Assembly: GCA_963665815.1 (NCBI GenBank)
Contig: OY762463.1
Location: forward strand, 3,744,001 to 3,808,000
Length of the DNA stretch: 64,000 nt
From: Candidatus Cloacimonadales bacterium
Lineage (GTDB): Bacteria; Cloacimonadota; Cloacimonadia; Cloacimonadales; JAIOQZ01
Direction: 5' to 3'
Shown in pieces: positions 28,339 through 38,453 of this stretch (position 1 is its first letter; every line of letters starts with the position of its first letter). A program made the position numbers and the translations under genes. The notes under the pieces were generated by a model that worked only from the letters and a program-made list of their open reading frames with translations, searched no databases and was not told where the DNA came from.

Positions 28339-28907
28339 TAGATTTCCTCCAGTTTTGTCATTTTCAATCCTTCAAGTAATGTCTCTTCAATAAAAGATAT
28401 CACATCAGGATATGTAATCGGTATACCACCGAGTTCTTCCTTTATCTCTTTTGTTTTCAATTCAAATACTTTTTTACCTGAAAATCCGATTCTCTCATAA
28501 TAAATATCAAAGTCTGCTTCAGAATGACCGATTATTGCCCCAAGCAAAGTATCTGTTATGTTTCCGAGAGGCATACGATCAATACTATCAAGTTGGAAAA
28601 CAGCTTTAAGTTTAGTGCCTTCACCCGGTTTGCTGTAAACATCAAAACTGCCATTGCAGTTTTCAGCATTCTGCTTGAGTAAAGGTACGCCTAAGCCAAT
28701 CTTCTTTTGTCTTTCGACTTTGGTTGTGTAAAACGGATTTACAACATGTTCCAGAACTTCTTCGTCCATTCCGGTTCCATCATCTTCAACTCCGATCGTA
28801 ATAGTGTTGCGTCTAATGTCAGCTTTAATGGACACCTTGACACAAGTTGCTTTTGCTCGTACAGAGTTTTCTATCAGATCGAGAATATGAAGTGATAAAT
28901 CCTGCAT
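28338..28907 (-). CDS. HATPase_c (histidine-kinase-like) protein of hydrogenase operons
   Basis: LSLHILDLIENSVRA, EDDGTGM, NPFYTTK, GLGVP and IDRMPLG motifs. Confidence 0.88.
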   Translation of the reverse strand: MQDLSLHILDLIENSVRAKATCVKVSIKADIRRNTITIGVEDDGTGMDEEVLEHVVNPFYTTKVERQKKIGLGVPLLKQNAENCNGSFDVYSKPGEGTKLKAVFQLDSIDRMPLGNITDTLLGAIIGHSEADFDIYYERIGFSGKKVFELKTKEIKEELGGIPITYPDVISFIEETLLEGLKMTKLEEI

Positions 28908-29401
28908 TAAACAGAAGTCTCTTTAATTTTACTGATTATTTCTTTGATCTGTTTTTTAGTTTCAATTCTTCCAAAAGTATCTTCACCAATTACAAATACA
29001 GGTGCAAGAGAGCATGCTCCAACACAACGTACTGATGTAAGTGTGAACATATTGTCTTCGGTAGTTTCTCCGAGTTTTACATTAAGTTCATCGCTAAGCA
29101 TCTGGATAAGGCGTTCTGCACCTTTAACATAGCAGGCTGTACCTGTACATACATTAATGATGTGTTTTCCTCTTGGTTTCATTGAAAAGAAGTTATAGAA
29201 TGTGACAACACCATAAATTTGATTTATTGGTATACCTGTTTTATCTGCGATAAATTCCTGAACTTCCATTGGTAAATAACCAAATATCTCCTGAGCTTTA
29301 TGAAGAATTTCAATAAGCGGATTTCTGATCTTCATTTTTTCTTCGATTACTGCTTCAAGTTTCTTATAAAGCAAGTTATCTGTTGATTGACTATGTGTCA
29401 T
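28907..29401 (-). CDS. nuoE: HydC/NuoE-like [2Fe-2S] subunit
   Basis: LHKAQEIFGYLP, GVVTFYNFF, CTGTAC and CVGAC motifs. Confidence 0.93.
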   Translation of the reverse strand: MTHSQSTDNLLYKKLEAVIEEKMKIRNPLIEILHKAQEIFGYLPMEVQEFIADKTGIPINQIYGVVTFYNFFSMKPRGKHIINVCTGTACYVKGAERLIQMLSDELNVKLGETTEDNMFTLTSVRCVGACSLAPVFVIGEDTFGRIETKKQIKEIISKIKETSV

Positions 29402-29637
29402 TCATCCTCCTTCAACAGGTTTTTATACTTCCCTTAACTTTTAATATTATAACAAACTGTCAACAGAATTCTAACAGAAATCAAATATTTCTAATTCGCT
29501 ATTTGATTGTTGAATAGATTGATATTAAAGGATTAAGGGAATTTCAATGTTAAGCATTGTCTTATTATAAGTGAAACTGTTTATGATTAGAAATTTTAGT
29601 GTTGATGCTTGATAGTACTTGTTTAATAATTTATTTA

Positions 29638-30378
29638 TCAGGACTTATATCTGATGTTATCAGCAGGATCCGAACAGGCTTTGACAAGATTGACTACGGA
29701 TGGTTCTTCCATAAAAATATATGTATGACTTTTTCCTATATCTTTAAGATAATGAGCATCGGAATTTCTCAGAATTGCCAGGTTCTGGACAGGAGGGAAC
29801 ATTTCAACTGCTGCGTTATTGCTTGTGTTGGCAGTAAGCTCAACAGCGATAAGATTTTCAAGCTCAGGGAAAAAACCAAGCTGTGATGAAATGCTGAATG
29901 ATGGAGCATCAATATGTGAAAGGAAGGGAAAACCATTACATGAAAGAATGTTTTCCAGCGTTTCTTCAAGATTCCATAATACAGAGTTCAGAAGAAGTTT
30001 TTCTTCGAAACAGACGATATTTTCGTCATTATCAATTACTACTTGATCACCAAAAAAATCAGGATCGTTCAACAGAGGGGGGAGAGCTGTATCAAGCAGC
30101 TCCTGAAAAGCATCTGCATCATCTTTAGTATCGAACAGAGCAACAACGTGAATTTCTTCAGAAGTTTGAACCTCTGACCCGAAGAAGCAGTATATTCCCT
30201 GCTTTTCCCCAACTGAACGATATGCCTCTGAGTTTTTCAGAGTATTATGGTCAGTGATCGCAATTATATCCAGCCCTGCTTCTCCCGCTTTCTGTATGAC
30301 GCTTGTAGGTGACATCTCAAGAGAGCCACATGGAGACAGAACGGAGTGAATATGCAGATCTGACTTATACCACGGCAA
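29638..30378 (-). CDS. PHP-domain phosphoesterase
   Basis: DLHIHSVLSPC, AITDHN and NSDAH motifs. Confidence 0.9.
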   Translation of the reverse strand: MPWYKSDLHIHSVLSPCGSLEMSPTSVIQKAGEAGLDIIAITDHNTLKNSEAYRSVGEKQGIYCFFGSEVQTSEEIHVVALFDTKDDADAFQELLDTALPPLLNDPDFFGDQVVIDNDENIVCFEEKLLLNSVLWNLEETLENILSCNGFPFLSHIDAPSFSISSQLGFFPELENLIAVELTANTSNNAAVEMFPPVQNLAILRNSDAHYLKDIGKSHTYIFMEEPSVVNLVKACSDPADNIRYKS

Positions 30379-30389
30379 ATTACACCTTG

Positions 30390-30734
30390 TTACTGGTTAG
30401 TTAAGGAGTAAATAATCCCGGCAGTATTGAAGGATGGAAGCTTTGTAGTAATAAGACAAATTCCTTCTTCTTCTGCTTTAGTTATTACTTTATTGTCCGG
30501 GATGATATCGTTTGTGAACACAACAGCTTTTACTCCAGTAAGAGAAGCTACAGCAATAACATTCATATGTCTCATGATTGTAACCCAGATCATATTATCT
30601 CTGGCGTTTCCCATTACATCGCTGAGAAGATCGGATACATATCCATCTGAGACAGTTGCTTCATCAATATTAACATTTTCAGTAACAACTTTTCCTTCAA
30701 TTTTCTCAATGATTTCTGATACTTTAATATTCAT
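30390..30734 (-). CDS. DRTGG-domain protein
   Basis: GYVSDLLSDVM..IWVT..NVIAVASL, typical of hydrogenase-operon DRTGG proteins. Confidence 0.85.
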   Translation of the reverse strand: MNIKVSEIIEKIEGKVVTENVNIDEATVSDGYVSDLLSDVMGNARDNMIWVTIMRHMNVIAVASLTGVKAVVFTNDIIPDNKVITKAEEEGICLITTKLPSFNTAGIIYSLTNQ

Positions 30735-30744
30735 TTTAACTCCA

Positions 30745-31068
30745 TCAGCTTTTTTTCTTGAATGGCACTTTTAGTAAGAACAGTATTTTATTACTGTTCA
30801 TATCGTATGTTTCATGTATTTCGATTAAACCTTCATTATCCGGCTCACAGTCATTGTTTTCCTGAGCCAGTTTTTCGAGAGCATCTGAAATCAGCTGCTC
30901 CACCTTGACAGTCGAAGATTCGTGATTCTCATATTCTTCTTTTGTAATCGAAAATGTTGTTCCATAATATACTCTGGAAGTTTCTCCATGTGGATTTGTC
31001 AAACCTTTAACTGTCTCAAAATATATTATTTGTCTTGGTAGATTAGGGTATTTACTCAGTATTTTCAT
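30745..31068 (-). CDS. Hypothetical protein
   Basis: 107-aa ORF tightly packed in the operon (overlaps the upstream stop). Confidence 0.6.
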   Translation of the reverse strand: MKILSKYPNLPRQIIYFETVKGLTNPHGETSRVYYGTTFSITKEEYENHESSTVKVEQLISDALEKLAQENNDCEPDNEGLIEIHETYDMNSNKILFLLKVPFKKKS

Positions 31069-32341
31069 TTTGGTCTTTCTTTTTATTAATTTTTTTCATT
31101 CTTACAAGGCAGTCGTCTATTGATGCTTTCCCCTGAACTATATCTTCGGCGAGTGACTGACAACTTGGACTACCACAGGCTGAACAATCAAATCCCGGTA
31201 GTATTGATTCGATTTCCTGAAGCTTTTTCATTTTTGTTATTGCAGATTTGATATCCATGTCAAGCTGCATGATAGAACGAGGTTCAAGAGGAAGTATATC
31301 GAAAAGACCTTCGTTGTTAAGTTTTCTGAAATATTCACCATCAGGATTATCTAAGAAATCATTATCAATTCGTCTCTTAATTCTTGCTTTGGCTACAAAC
31401 AGGTTTTCAACATTGAGTATTCCGCCTACACAGCCATTAACACAGCTTGATAGAACAATATAATCAAAGTTCTCTATCTGGTGATTCTCTATATCTGCAA
31501 GAATTTTTATTACATTTCTTGTTCCGCTGACAGCAAGAGTTCTGATCTTGTCATTTGCTATCTCATCTGCTCTGTAGCTTGCAATAGCCCAGTTATGCCC
31601 TTTGGAAAGAATGTTTGCTTCTTTTGGGTATTTATCTGGCAGATTGCTCATAATCAGATTATATATCTGGTTTGTTCCAAATGCCCCATCCTGCATTCTC
31701 TTGTAAGCACCTTCAGGCTGGTAAACAGCAGTAACTTGAGATATACAGGGAACTATAAGAAAAATACCAATATCTTCAGGATTAAGGTTTTGCTCTTTAG
31801 ATATTTTGTCCCTGTAGTACTTTGTTAATATACTTATTGGGGCTTCTAACTGTATTACATGTGGCAGTAACGATGGAAAACGTACCTGAATCAATCTGAT
31901 TATAGATGGGCAGCTGCTGGAAATTATTGGTCTGATGTTTTTATGGTTTTCCACAAAATCACGAATCATTTCTCTAACTGCTTCAGTTGCTTCAGATTCG
32001 TCGGCAACCTGATTAAATCCAATTTTCAGCAGTGTTTCTCTTATCGTTGAATATGGAATATCATCAGGGAACTGTCCCGCAAAAGAAGATGAAAGTATAA
32101 CAAGGCTGTGTTTGAAGTTTTTTATTAAACTTAACTCGTCAGTCCTTGGTTTAAACACACCGTATTTGCAGGTAACAATACATTTACCGCAATCAATACA
32201 TCTGTTTTTATTGATTTCAACTTTTCCATGATGAATCCTGATAGCTTCTGTCGGGCAAACTCTAACACAATGCGTACATCCGACACATTTCTCAAGATTA
32301 ATATCAAAAGCATGGAAGTATTCTTTGTTATTCATATGCAA
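31052..32341 (-). CDS. [FeFe]-hydrogenase-like Fe-S protein (putative sensory or non-catalytic)
   Basis: N-terminal 2x[4Fe-4S], degenerate H-cluster motifs SSSCP, VPCISQ and SCVNGCVGG, and C-terminal LPGFDCSACGSPSC. Confidence 0.82.
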   Translation of the reverse strand: MHMNNKEYFHAFDINLEKCVGCTHCVRVCPTEAIRIHHGKVEINKNRCIDCGKCIVTCKYGVFKPRTDELSLIKNFKHSLVILSSSFAGQFPDDIPYSTIRETLLKIGFNQVADESEATEAVREMIRDFVENHKNIRPIISSSCPSIIRLIQVRFPSLLPHVIQLEAPISILTKYYRDKISKEQNLNPEDIGIFLIVPCISQVTAVYQPEGAYKRMQDGAFGTNQIYNLIMSNLPDKYPKEANILSKGHNWAIASYRADEIANDKIRTLAVSGTRNVIKILADIENHQIENFDYIVLSSCVNGCVGGILNVENLFVAKARIKRRIDNDFLDNPDGEYFRKLNNEGLFDILPLEPRSIMQLDMDIKSAITKMKKLQEIESILPGFDCSACGSPSCQSLAEDIVQGKASIDDCLVRMKKINKKKDQNENTE

Positions 32342-32359
32342 TCCGATACTTCATTAAAA

Positions 32360-32848
32360 TTAGTACATAATTATTATTTCTAAAAGAGTAGGACTATTCT
32401 CCTCTGATTCAATATGCATCATATCCGAATTCTTTTTAATGTTTGGCAGTCCAAGACCTGCTCCAAATCCCATTTCCCTTACAAGATCATCTGCTGTTGA
32501 CCAACCCGGAACCATTGCCTGTTCAATATCTTTAAGACCCGGACCTTCATCTTTACATTTTAGATGAATCAGTTCATTATGAATGAAGGCATATAATTTT
32601 CCTCCATTTGAATGAGCAACAATGTTGATCTCAGCCTCATAGCAGGCTATTGCCAGTCTTCTGAGAATCTGAGGATCTACTCCAAGTTTCTTCAATGTCA
32701 ACTTGATAGATGACGATGCAGTTCCGGCATTTATGAAGTCTTTAACTTTTATATCAAACTCCAGAGTCATTTCCGGTTCTGCGGATTTGTTCAGGAACTC
32801 TTTGATAGCAAGTTCTTTATCCTCTTTGAATGTCCAGTACTCAGCCAT
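32360..32848 (-). CDS. Anti-sigma regulatory factor, Ser/Thr kinase (RsbT/RsbW-like)
   Basis: IACYEAEINIVAH, DEGPG and REMGFGAGLGLPNIKK motifs. Confidence 0.88.
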   Translation of the reverse strand: MAEYWTFKEDKELAIKEFLNKSAEPEMTLEFDIKVKDFINAGTASSSIKLTLKKLGVDPQILRRLAIACYEAEINIVAHSNGGKLYAFIHNELIHLKCKDEGPGLKDIEQAMVPGWSTADDLVREMGFGAGLGLPNIKKNSDMMHIESEENSPTLLEIIIMY

Positions 32849-33195
32849 CAGATTTTACAGCTCCTGAGTCCTGCACTGTAGAGCTTTCCACTTGTTGAAT
32901 ACATAGTATTTTTCGTTGATATAAGAGGAAGTTCTCTTTCTTTAGCCATATTGATTATTTCTTCAGTAGGCTTTTTACCTCTGACAAAAACAATACCGAA
33001 TATCTCGATCATATCAGCAAGTCTGATGATTTGTGGATTCGTTAAACCGGTGAGTAACAGTGTTTTCTCCTTTGTACACATCAGTATGTCACTAATTAAA
33101 TCAGAACCGAATGCACATGAGATTTCAATATCAGGATTGATATCAGGAGTTAGGAGCTCTCCTTCAATGGCTTCAATTAATTCTTTCAATTTCAT
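32848..33195 (-). CDS. DRTGG-domain protein
   Basis: AFGSDLISDIL..LLLTGLTNPQIIR..IVFVRGK. Confidence 0.85.
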   Translation of the reverse strand: MKLKELIEAIEGELLTPDINPDIEISCAFGSDLISDILMCTKEKTLLLTGLTNPQIIRLADMIEIFGIVFVRGKKPTEEIINMAKERELPLISTKNTMYSTSGKLYSAGLRSCKI

Positions 33196-33261
33196 TGGAA
33201 ATCCTTTTTTTTGAGTTCACGTCATAAATTTCATATAACGTTGTTTATGCAAGTGATTTTA

Positions 33262-33825
33262 TCAGATTTTATTAATTGAGTAATAATATTCATCAATCTT
33301 TTTTATCAGGTCTAAAATTATAATGTTCAAGTTTTCTTTCAGTATTGGTTTAAGTTTGTTATGATCATGGATCTTGATGTTTTTCTTTTTATTAAAATAT
33401 CTTATTTTTTTAGTTCCGGCTGAAAAGTATTCGACTTTAAGCTGAATACCGAATTTCAACTCATATGCTTTGTAAGATGCACTGTAAACATTTTTGTCAA
33501 TCTCAATTTCAGGAATGGAAATCCTTAAAGTATCGTTTATTATTGAGTTTTTTTCTTTGAATCTTACTTGCTTCCATTTTGCCAGAGCACTGCTCATTGT
33601 TTTGTTGATGTCAATCTCAACAAAACCTCCGTTAGATGACTGAAAGATAATATCTTCTTTGTTTTCGGTTCCTCTGAAATCAATGAATGGCTGGGGATGA
33701 TCAGATAGGTTGAAATCAACAAAATCTGATCTGTTTTTGTAGTCCAGGCTGATAGACTCAGTATCAATTGCATTGAACATACAACCGGATAGTGTTAGTA
33801 AAGTCAGTATTAGAATATTTCTCAT
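33262..33825 (-). CDS. Putative lipoprotein
   Basis: Lipobox LSGC after a hydrophobic stretch. Confidence 0.6.
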   Translation of the reverse strand: MRNILILTLLTLSGCMFNAIDTESISLDYKNRSDFVDFNLSDHPQPFIDFRGTENKEDIIFQSSNGGFVEIDINKTMSSALAKWKQVRFKEKNSIINDTLRISIPEIEIDKNVYSASYKAYELKFGIQLKVEYFSAGTKKIRYFNKKKNIKIHDHNKLKPILKENLNIIILDLIKKIDEYYYSINKI

Positions 33826-34460
33826 TTTTCCTGATAAAAAGGTAGTGCATTTCTATCATTTATGCAATTAATATAAGATTTTAATTCATAATAATTTTCA
33901 CGAAGTGTTTCGATAGAGGCATTGTTTTCAATGACATAATCACTGTTATCTATTTTGTAAGAATCATCTTTCTGGGATTCGATCCTGTTTGAAGCTGCTT
34001 TCTCAGAGATCTTATCTCTATGTGTTATTCTGTTGATTCTTGTAGCTTTGTCAGACCAGATCAGGATTATTGAATCGAAGTGTTTCTCAAGTTTACTTTC
34101 AAACAATAGAGGTATTTCAACAATTATTCTGTCATTTCTGCATTTTTCTATTCGTTCCTGAATAATATGACGTATATGTGGGTGAGTTATTTCATTGAGT
34201 AACTCCAGTTTGCTTTTATCCTTAAATACAAGTTCTCCCAATTTTTTCCTGTCAATCTGCCCATTGATAATATATTCGTCTCCCAGGGACTTTTTTAAAT
34301 CATTAATTGTTGCTTCGGATGTAAGAACTTCATGGCCTAATTTATCTGCATAAACAACTTCGTAACCATCCTGTTCAAGCCACTTGGCAATTATCGATTT
34401 ACCAGAAGCAATTCCACCTGTAAGTCCAATTGAGACAATCGTTTTAGCTTTTAGTTTCAT
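33822..34460 (-). CDS. coaE: Dephospho-CoA kinase
   Basis: IGLTGGIASGKS, DRKKLGELVF, ITHP and EIPLLFE motifs. Confidence 0.95.
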   Translation of the reverse strand: MKLKAKTIVSIGLTGGIASGKSIIAKWLEQDGYEVVYADKLGHEVLTSEATINDLKKSLGDEYIINGQIDRKKLGELVFKDKSKLELLNEITHPHIRHIIQERIEKCRNDRIIVEIPLLFESKLEKHFDSIILIWSDKATRINRITHRDKISEKAASNRIESQKDDSYKIDNSDYVIENNASIETLRENYYELKSYINCINDRNALPFYQEK

Positions 34461-35190
34461 CAGCTATTCTTTGAGCGAGCTCTTCCTGAGTTACATTGTG
34501 ATTGATTTCACCATTCTTAGCAGTCGAAACTTGACCGGATTCCTCAGAAACAATAATGACAAATGCATCTGTTTCTTCTGATATACCTATTGCTGCCAGA
34601 TGTCTGGTTCCGTGTCTCTGGACGTGCTCAATATTTCTTGAAAGAGGAAGTAATACTTTCACAGCATGGATTCTGTTGTTACGTACAACTACTGCACCAT
34701 CATGCAAGATAGTATATTTGTTAAATATTGTTATAAGAAGCTTGGAAGTTAGTCGAGCATCAATAATTTCACCGGTTTCAACATATTTATCCAGTTTTTG
34801 TGAGTTTTCAATTACTATCAAAGCACCGGTTTTTCTGAAGGCCATTGACTTTACTGATTCCAGAATAGGTGAATATATGTATTTTTTTCTGCGTTGAAAT
34901 AATGATTTAAAGCTCTTATCAAAGCCTGCTTTCAGTATAAAATTCCTGATTTCCGGTTGGAATAGAATAATAAATGCAATGAACCAGTAGTTTTTCAGTA
35001 TTTCAAAGCCGGATGTCAGCATTCTCAGTTCAAGAAAAACTGAAGCAAGGTATAGCACCAGAACAAGAGCAAAACCGATTAAAATCTGAAAGCTTCCTGT
35101 CTTTCTTACAATAAGAAGAACTCTGTATACTATGAAAGCTATAATGATGATATCTATCAGGTCTGCTAATCCGGGTCTCAGAAAATCCAT
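34444..35190 (-). CDS. cdaA: Diadenylate cyclase CdaA/DacA
   Basis: Three N-terminal TM helices, FQPEIR, LHDGA, GTRHLAA and VSEESG. Confidence 0.93.
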   Translation of the reverse strand: MDFLRPGLADLIDIIIIAFIVYRVLLIVRKTGSFQILIGFALVLVLYLASVFLELRMLTSGFEILKNYWFIAFIILFQPEIRNFILKAGFDKSFKSLFQRRKKYIYSPILESVKSMAFRKTGALIVIENSQKLDKYVETGEIIDARLTSKLLITIFNKYTILHDGAVVVRNNRIHAVKVLLPLSRNIEHVQRHGTRHLAAIGISEETDAFVIIVSEESGQVSTAKNGEINHNVTQEELAQRIADETKS

Positions 35191-35198
35191 AGTACTGA

Positions 35199-36413
35199 TT
35201 ATCCTTTGTTTACAATCGCATTAACAGTTTTAACAGCCTGAACATTTTCTTCCACGTCGTGAACCCTGATAATGTGCACTCCCTGCAATGCCGCATGAAT
35301 AGAAGTGCCTATTGTACCAAACAGTCTATCTGTAGGTTTAGAGTCATATATTGCGTTGATATATCTCTTTCTTGAAGCTCCGAGTACAACAGGATAACCA
35401 AGAGATTTGAATTCTGACAGTTTTTTCAGGATTGTCATATTGTGTTCAAATGTTTTACCAAAACCAACTCCGGGATCAATCATTATTCGGCTTTTATCTA
35501 TGTCGTTTTCCAGACAATAGTCAATTCGTTTCTTAAGGAAGGTCATTATATCATCAATGACATCCTTATATACAGGACTCTCCTGCATTGTTCGAGGGTG
35601 TCCCTTCATGTGCATCAAAACAATCGGAACATGGGGATATCTCTTTAACACATCAATCATCTGGCTGTCCCATTGCATAGCCGAAATATCATTTATGATA
35701 TCTGCTCCGTTCTTAAGGGCTTCTTCTGCAACTATAGCTTTTGTTGTATCTATAGAAACCGGGATATCCGTTTTTTCTCTAATCCTTTTCAGAACAGGTA
35801 TAACACGGTTTATTTCTTCTTCATAACTGATGCTGTCTGATCCGGGACGAGTAGATTCACCACCTATATCGATGATTCCGGCACCGTCAGCAATCATTCT
35901 CATTGCCTGGGCTACCGCTTCGTCAATGTCCTTATAATTGTTACCGTCGGAAAAGGAGTCTGGTGTGACATTCAGAATACCCATTATAACAGGTTCATCC
36001 AGATTGAGAGTTCTGGTTTTCAACTTGAGCTGAAATTTCTTTCTGCTCAAAAGAATATCAATAGTTTCTTTAAGAAAATTCTGGATATCAGGTAAACCGA
36101 AGATAGTCTGATAATCAAGTTTTCGTATCAGTTTTCTCAGTTTATCGGGGTCACCAAGCAGAATAACATCACTAAAGTCTGCTTTACCATCAACAACTCC
36201 GCGTGCAACTGCAGCATCTGCACCGATAGACAGCATTTCCTGTTTAAGGATATTTGCCGCTCCGAGTTTTACTCCAGTCAGTTTTACTGCTCCGGCAAGA
36301 GCTTTGGGAGCCATAACTTCTACGCCCTGGCTTGAGACTTTTATCTTGTTCAGTTCGTTGACAGCATCGTTAATATTATCTATTTTCAGGATTCTGTGCA
36401 TCAGATTCTCCAT
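35199..36413 (-). CDS. folP: Dihydropteroate synthase with N-terminal extension
   Basis: MGILNVTPDSFSDG, IDIGGESTRPG, DPGVGFGK, SRK and IRVHDV motifs. Confidence 0.95.
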   Translation of the reverse strand: MENLMHRILKIDNINDAVNELNKIKVSSQGVEVMAPKALAGAVKLTGVKLGAANILKQEMLSIGADAAVARGVVDGKADFSDVILLGDPDKLRKLIRKLDYQTIFGLPDIQNFLKETIDILLSRKKFQLKLKTRTLNLDEPVIMGILNVTPDSFSDGNNYKDIDEAVAQAMRMIADGAGIIDIGGESTRPGSDSISYEEEINRVIPVLKRIREKTDIPVSIDTTKAIVAEEALKNGADIINDISAMQWDSQMIDVLKRYPHVPIVLMHMKGHPRTMQESPVYKDVIDDIMTFLKKRIDYCLENDIDKSRIMIDPGVGFGKTFEHNMTILKKLSEFKSLGYPVVLGASRKRYINAIYDSKPTDRLFGTIGTSIHAALQGVHIIRVHDVEENVQAVKTVNAIVNKG

Positions 36414-37269
36414 TTATTTTTATCAGAAAATCACCGGCAGGAAGATCTTTATAGTAAATATCCTCCTTTTCGAATGATCTTACTGGTGCAATTACAGCAA
36501 TCCTTGAATTGTTAGTCAATATTTTCACCCTGTTTGCTGTACCAAGACCGTATCGTGAATGAAAATCTCCATTATAGTGCATAACAGTTTTATTCTTTCG
36601 AGTTTTCTTATAATTATATATAGATTCAGCCATAGCATCATCTTTAAGGCACTGTGCTTCGTAGAACCCTCGAGGGATTCCGGACATTGCGGGATGAGTA
36701 CTTATGGACATTTTCATCATTTCTGTGAACAGTTCCTTATATTCATTCTCAAAAAAAAACTGATTTTTGGGAACATAAACCGTATCGGATGGATTCAGGA
36801 ATGACTTGAACTCATATCCGTGTTTTCTTCTTGCAGATGCAATTCTTCTTGGGATATTAGCTGCAATAAAGTCCAGATTGTTGACCTTTACGATATCAAC
36901 AATTGGCTTATAATCTGATAGATAGTTTGGCCAGGCTCTGGTTTTGGTGATCATTTCTTCTTCAGATAATCTACCGTCGAGATAGGCATCCATAATATCA
37001 GCTATATCAGTCTCAAACATTTCCATTGAAACTGTTATTTTGCCCGGTTTAAGTTTTACGAGTTTTTTAAGCAGTTCGGCTTCCAGTTTGTGGTGTATCT
37101 GATTGTCGTGATACTCTCCGAAGAAAATTATATCATAGCTTACAAGCTCTGACGCAAGCTCATCCAATGTTATTGTTCTATTCATCTTAAATGAAAAAAT
37201 ACTGTATTCTTCTTTTGCACACAGACAGAGAGACAGCATCGTTATTATAAGTACTAAAATTATTCTCAT
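36376..37269 (-). CDS. ChaN-family (iron-regulated, haem-binding-like) exported protein
   Basis: FFGEYHD, SMEMFE, WPNY..DYKP, AANIPR, AQCLKDDAMA and NGDFHS motifs. Confidence 0.82.
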   Translation of the reverse strand: MRIILVLIITMLSLCLCAKEEYSIFSFKMNRTITLDELASELVSYDIIFFGEYHDNQIHHKLEAELLKKLVKLKPGKITVSMEMFETDIADIMDAYLDGRLSEEEMITKTRAWPNYLSDYKPIVDIVKVNNLDFIAANIPRRIASARRKHGYEFKSFLNPSDTVYVPKNQFFFENEYKELFTEMMKMSISTHPAMSGIPRGFYEAQCLKDDAMAESIYNYKKTRKNKTVMHYNGDFHSRYGLGTANRVKILTNNSRIAVIAPVRSFEKEDIYYKDLPAGDFLIKINGESDAQNPENR

Positions 37270-37448
37270 GAAAACTCCGTAAATTATTTGAATTCTATGA
37301 TTGTTTGAACTGTTTTTTATGCAAGTTTTATTTGCTGAGAATATCGTATATTAGCTAAATCAAGCTGTTTTGGAAATGTTGTTTGCAATTTCTGATATGC
37401 CAAATACTTTTTCTACATATGAGCGTTCATATTGTGTTAATAAACTTT

Positions 37449-38444
37449 TTACTCTACCAATATTGAATTACGCATATTTGCTTTAACATCTTTAGATAAC
37501 TGCTTTGTAAATACTGTTGCACCTTCAGTATTCAAGTGTTGAGAATTGTAGAAATACTTTCTGTTGAATGCCAGAAGTGAGTCCTGGGAGTAGTTGAGGA
37601 AAAGACAATCATGTTTCTTTGCTATTTTTTTATAATAGTCCACATATTTAATTGTGCAGAACGACTCATAGTAAATAGGAGGATAAACTAAAAAAACAAG
37701 GATGCTGTCTGATCTGCATTCGTCTAAGTACTCTTCAAACAGTTTACAAGAAGTGCTATCCAGGGAAGTGAACTCATTAATTCTCAGAGAATCAACTGAG
37801 AACTCTTTATTAATGGGATCATACCCAATCTTAGAAGTGTTTGGATATTCTTCAGTCCATTGCTTATTGTTCGGTGAGTATCCTCTATCATCTTCATGAT
37901 TGAACACGTTGATGTTAAAAAGTGATAGTACTCCTGTTATTACTTCAAAAGGCGAGCTTGAATACCTTAACAGAGGTACTTTGTAATCTAAACTGCTGAA
38001 TGCTCCAGTAAGCTTCATGTACTTTTTTACAACCGGAATATTAAGATACGGAGCGAATTTTACAGGATTCCTGAATCCAATACTCAGGCTTCTTAGGGTA
38101 CCATTACTTACGATTTGAACGATTACTTTCGGTTTTTTATTATGCAGCTTATATAGCTCAAAAAGTGCCATCTGAGGAATAAATGGGGAACCATCTAATC
38201 CTAAATTGTATGTTTTTAAACTTGTTATGGAATCTAATATTGCAGGATCAACCTGTACAAATGCTTTTGAACTCCCATTAATTATAAGCTCAGCATTAAT
38301 TTCACCTTTATATGCTTTGGTTAATTTGGAGAACAATTTTGACCTGTCTTTTCTGAGACCCTTTGATACTGCAACATCTAAACATAAAGCAGATGTAATT
38401 AATATTACAGTAAATATAATAATGTTAATTGTGAATTTTTTCAT
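37449..38444 (-). CDS. SGNH/DltD-like partner of MBOAT acyltransferase
   Basis: N-terminal TM, NGSSKA, YNLGLDG and FYNSQHLN..GA motifs. Confidence 0.7.
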   Translation of the reverse strand: MKKFTINIIIFTVILITSALCLDVAVSKGLRKDRSKLFSKLTKAYKGEINAELIINGSSKAFVQVDPAILDSITSLKTYNLGLDGSPFIPQMALFELYKLHNKKPKVIVQIVSNGTLRSLSIGFRNPVKFAPYLNIPVVKKYMKLTGAFSSLDYKVPLLRYSSSPFEVITGVLSLFNINVFNHEDDRGYSPNNKQWTEEYPNTSKIGYDPINKEFSVDSLRINEFTSLDSTSCKLFEEYLDECRSDSILVFLVYPPIYYESFCTIKYVDYYKKIAKKHDCLFLNYSQDSLLAFNRKYFYNSQHLNTEGATVFTKQLSKDVKANMRNSILVE

Positions 38445-38453
38445 ATCTTACCC

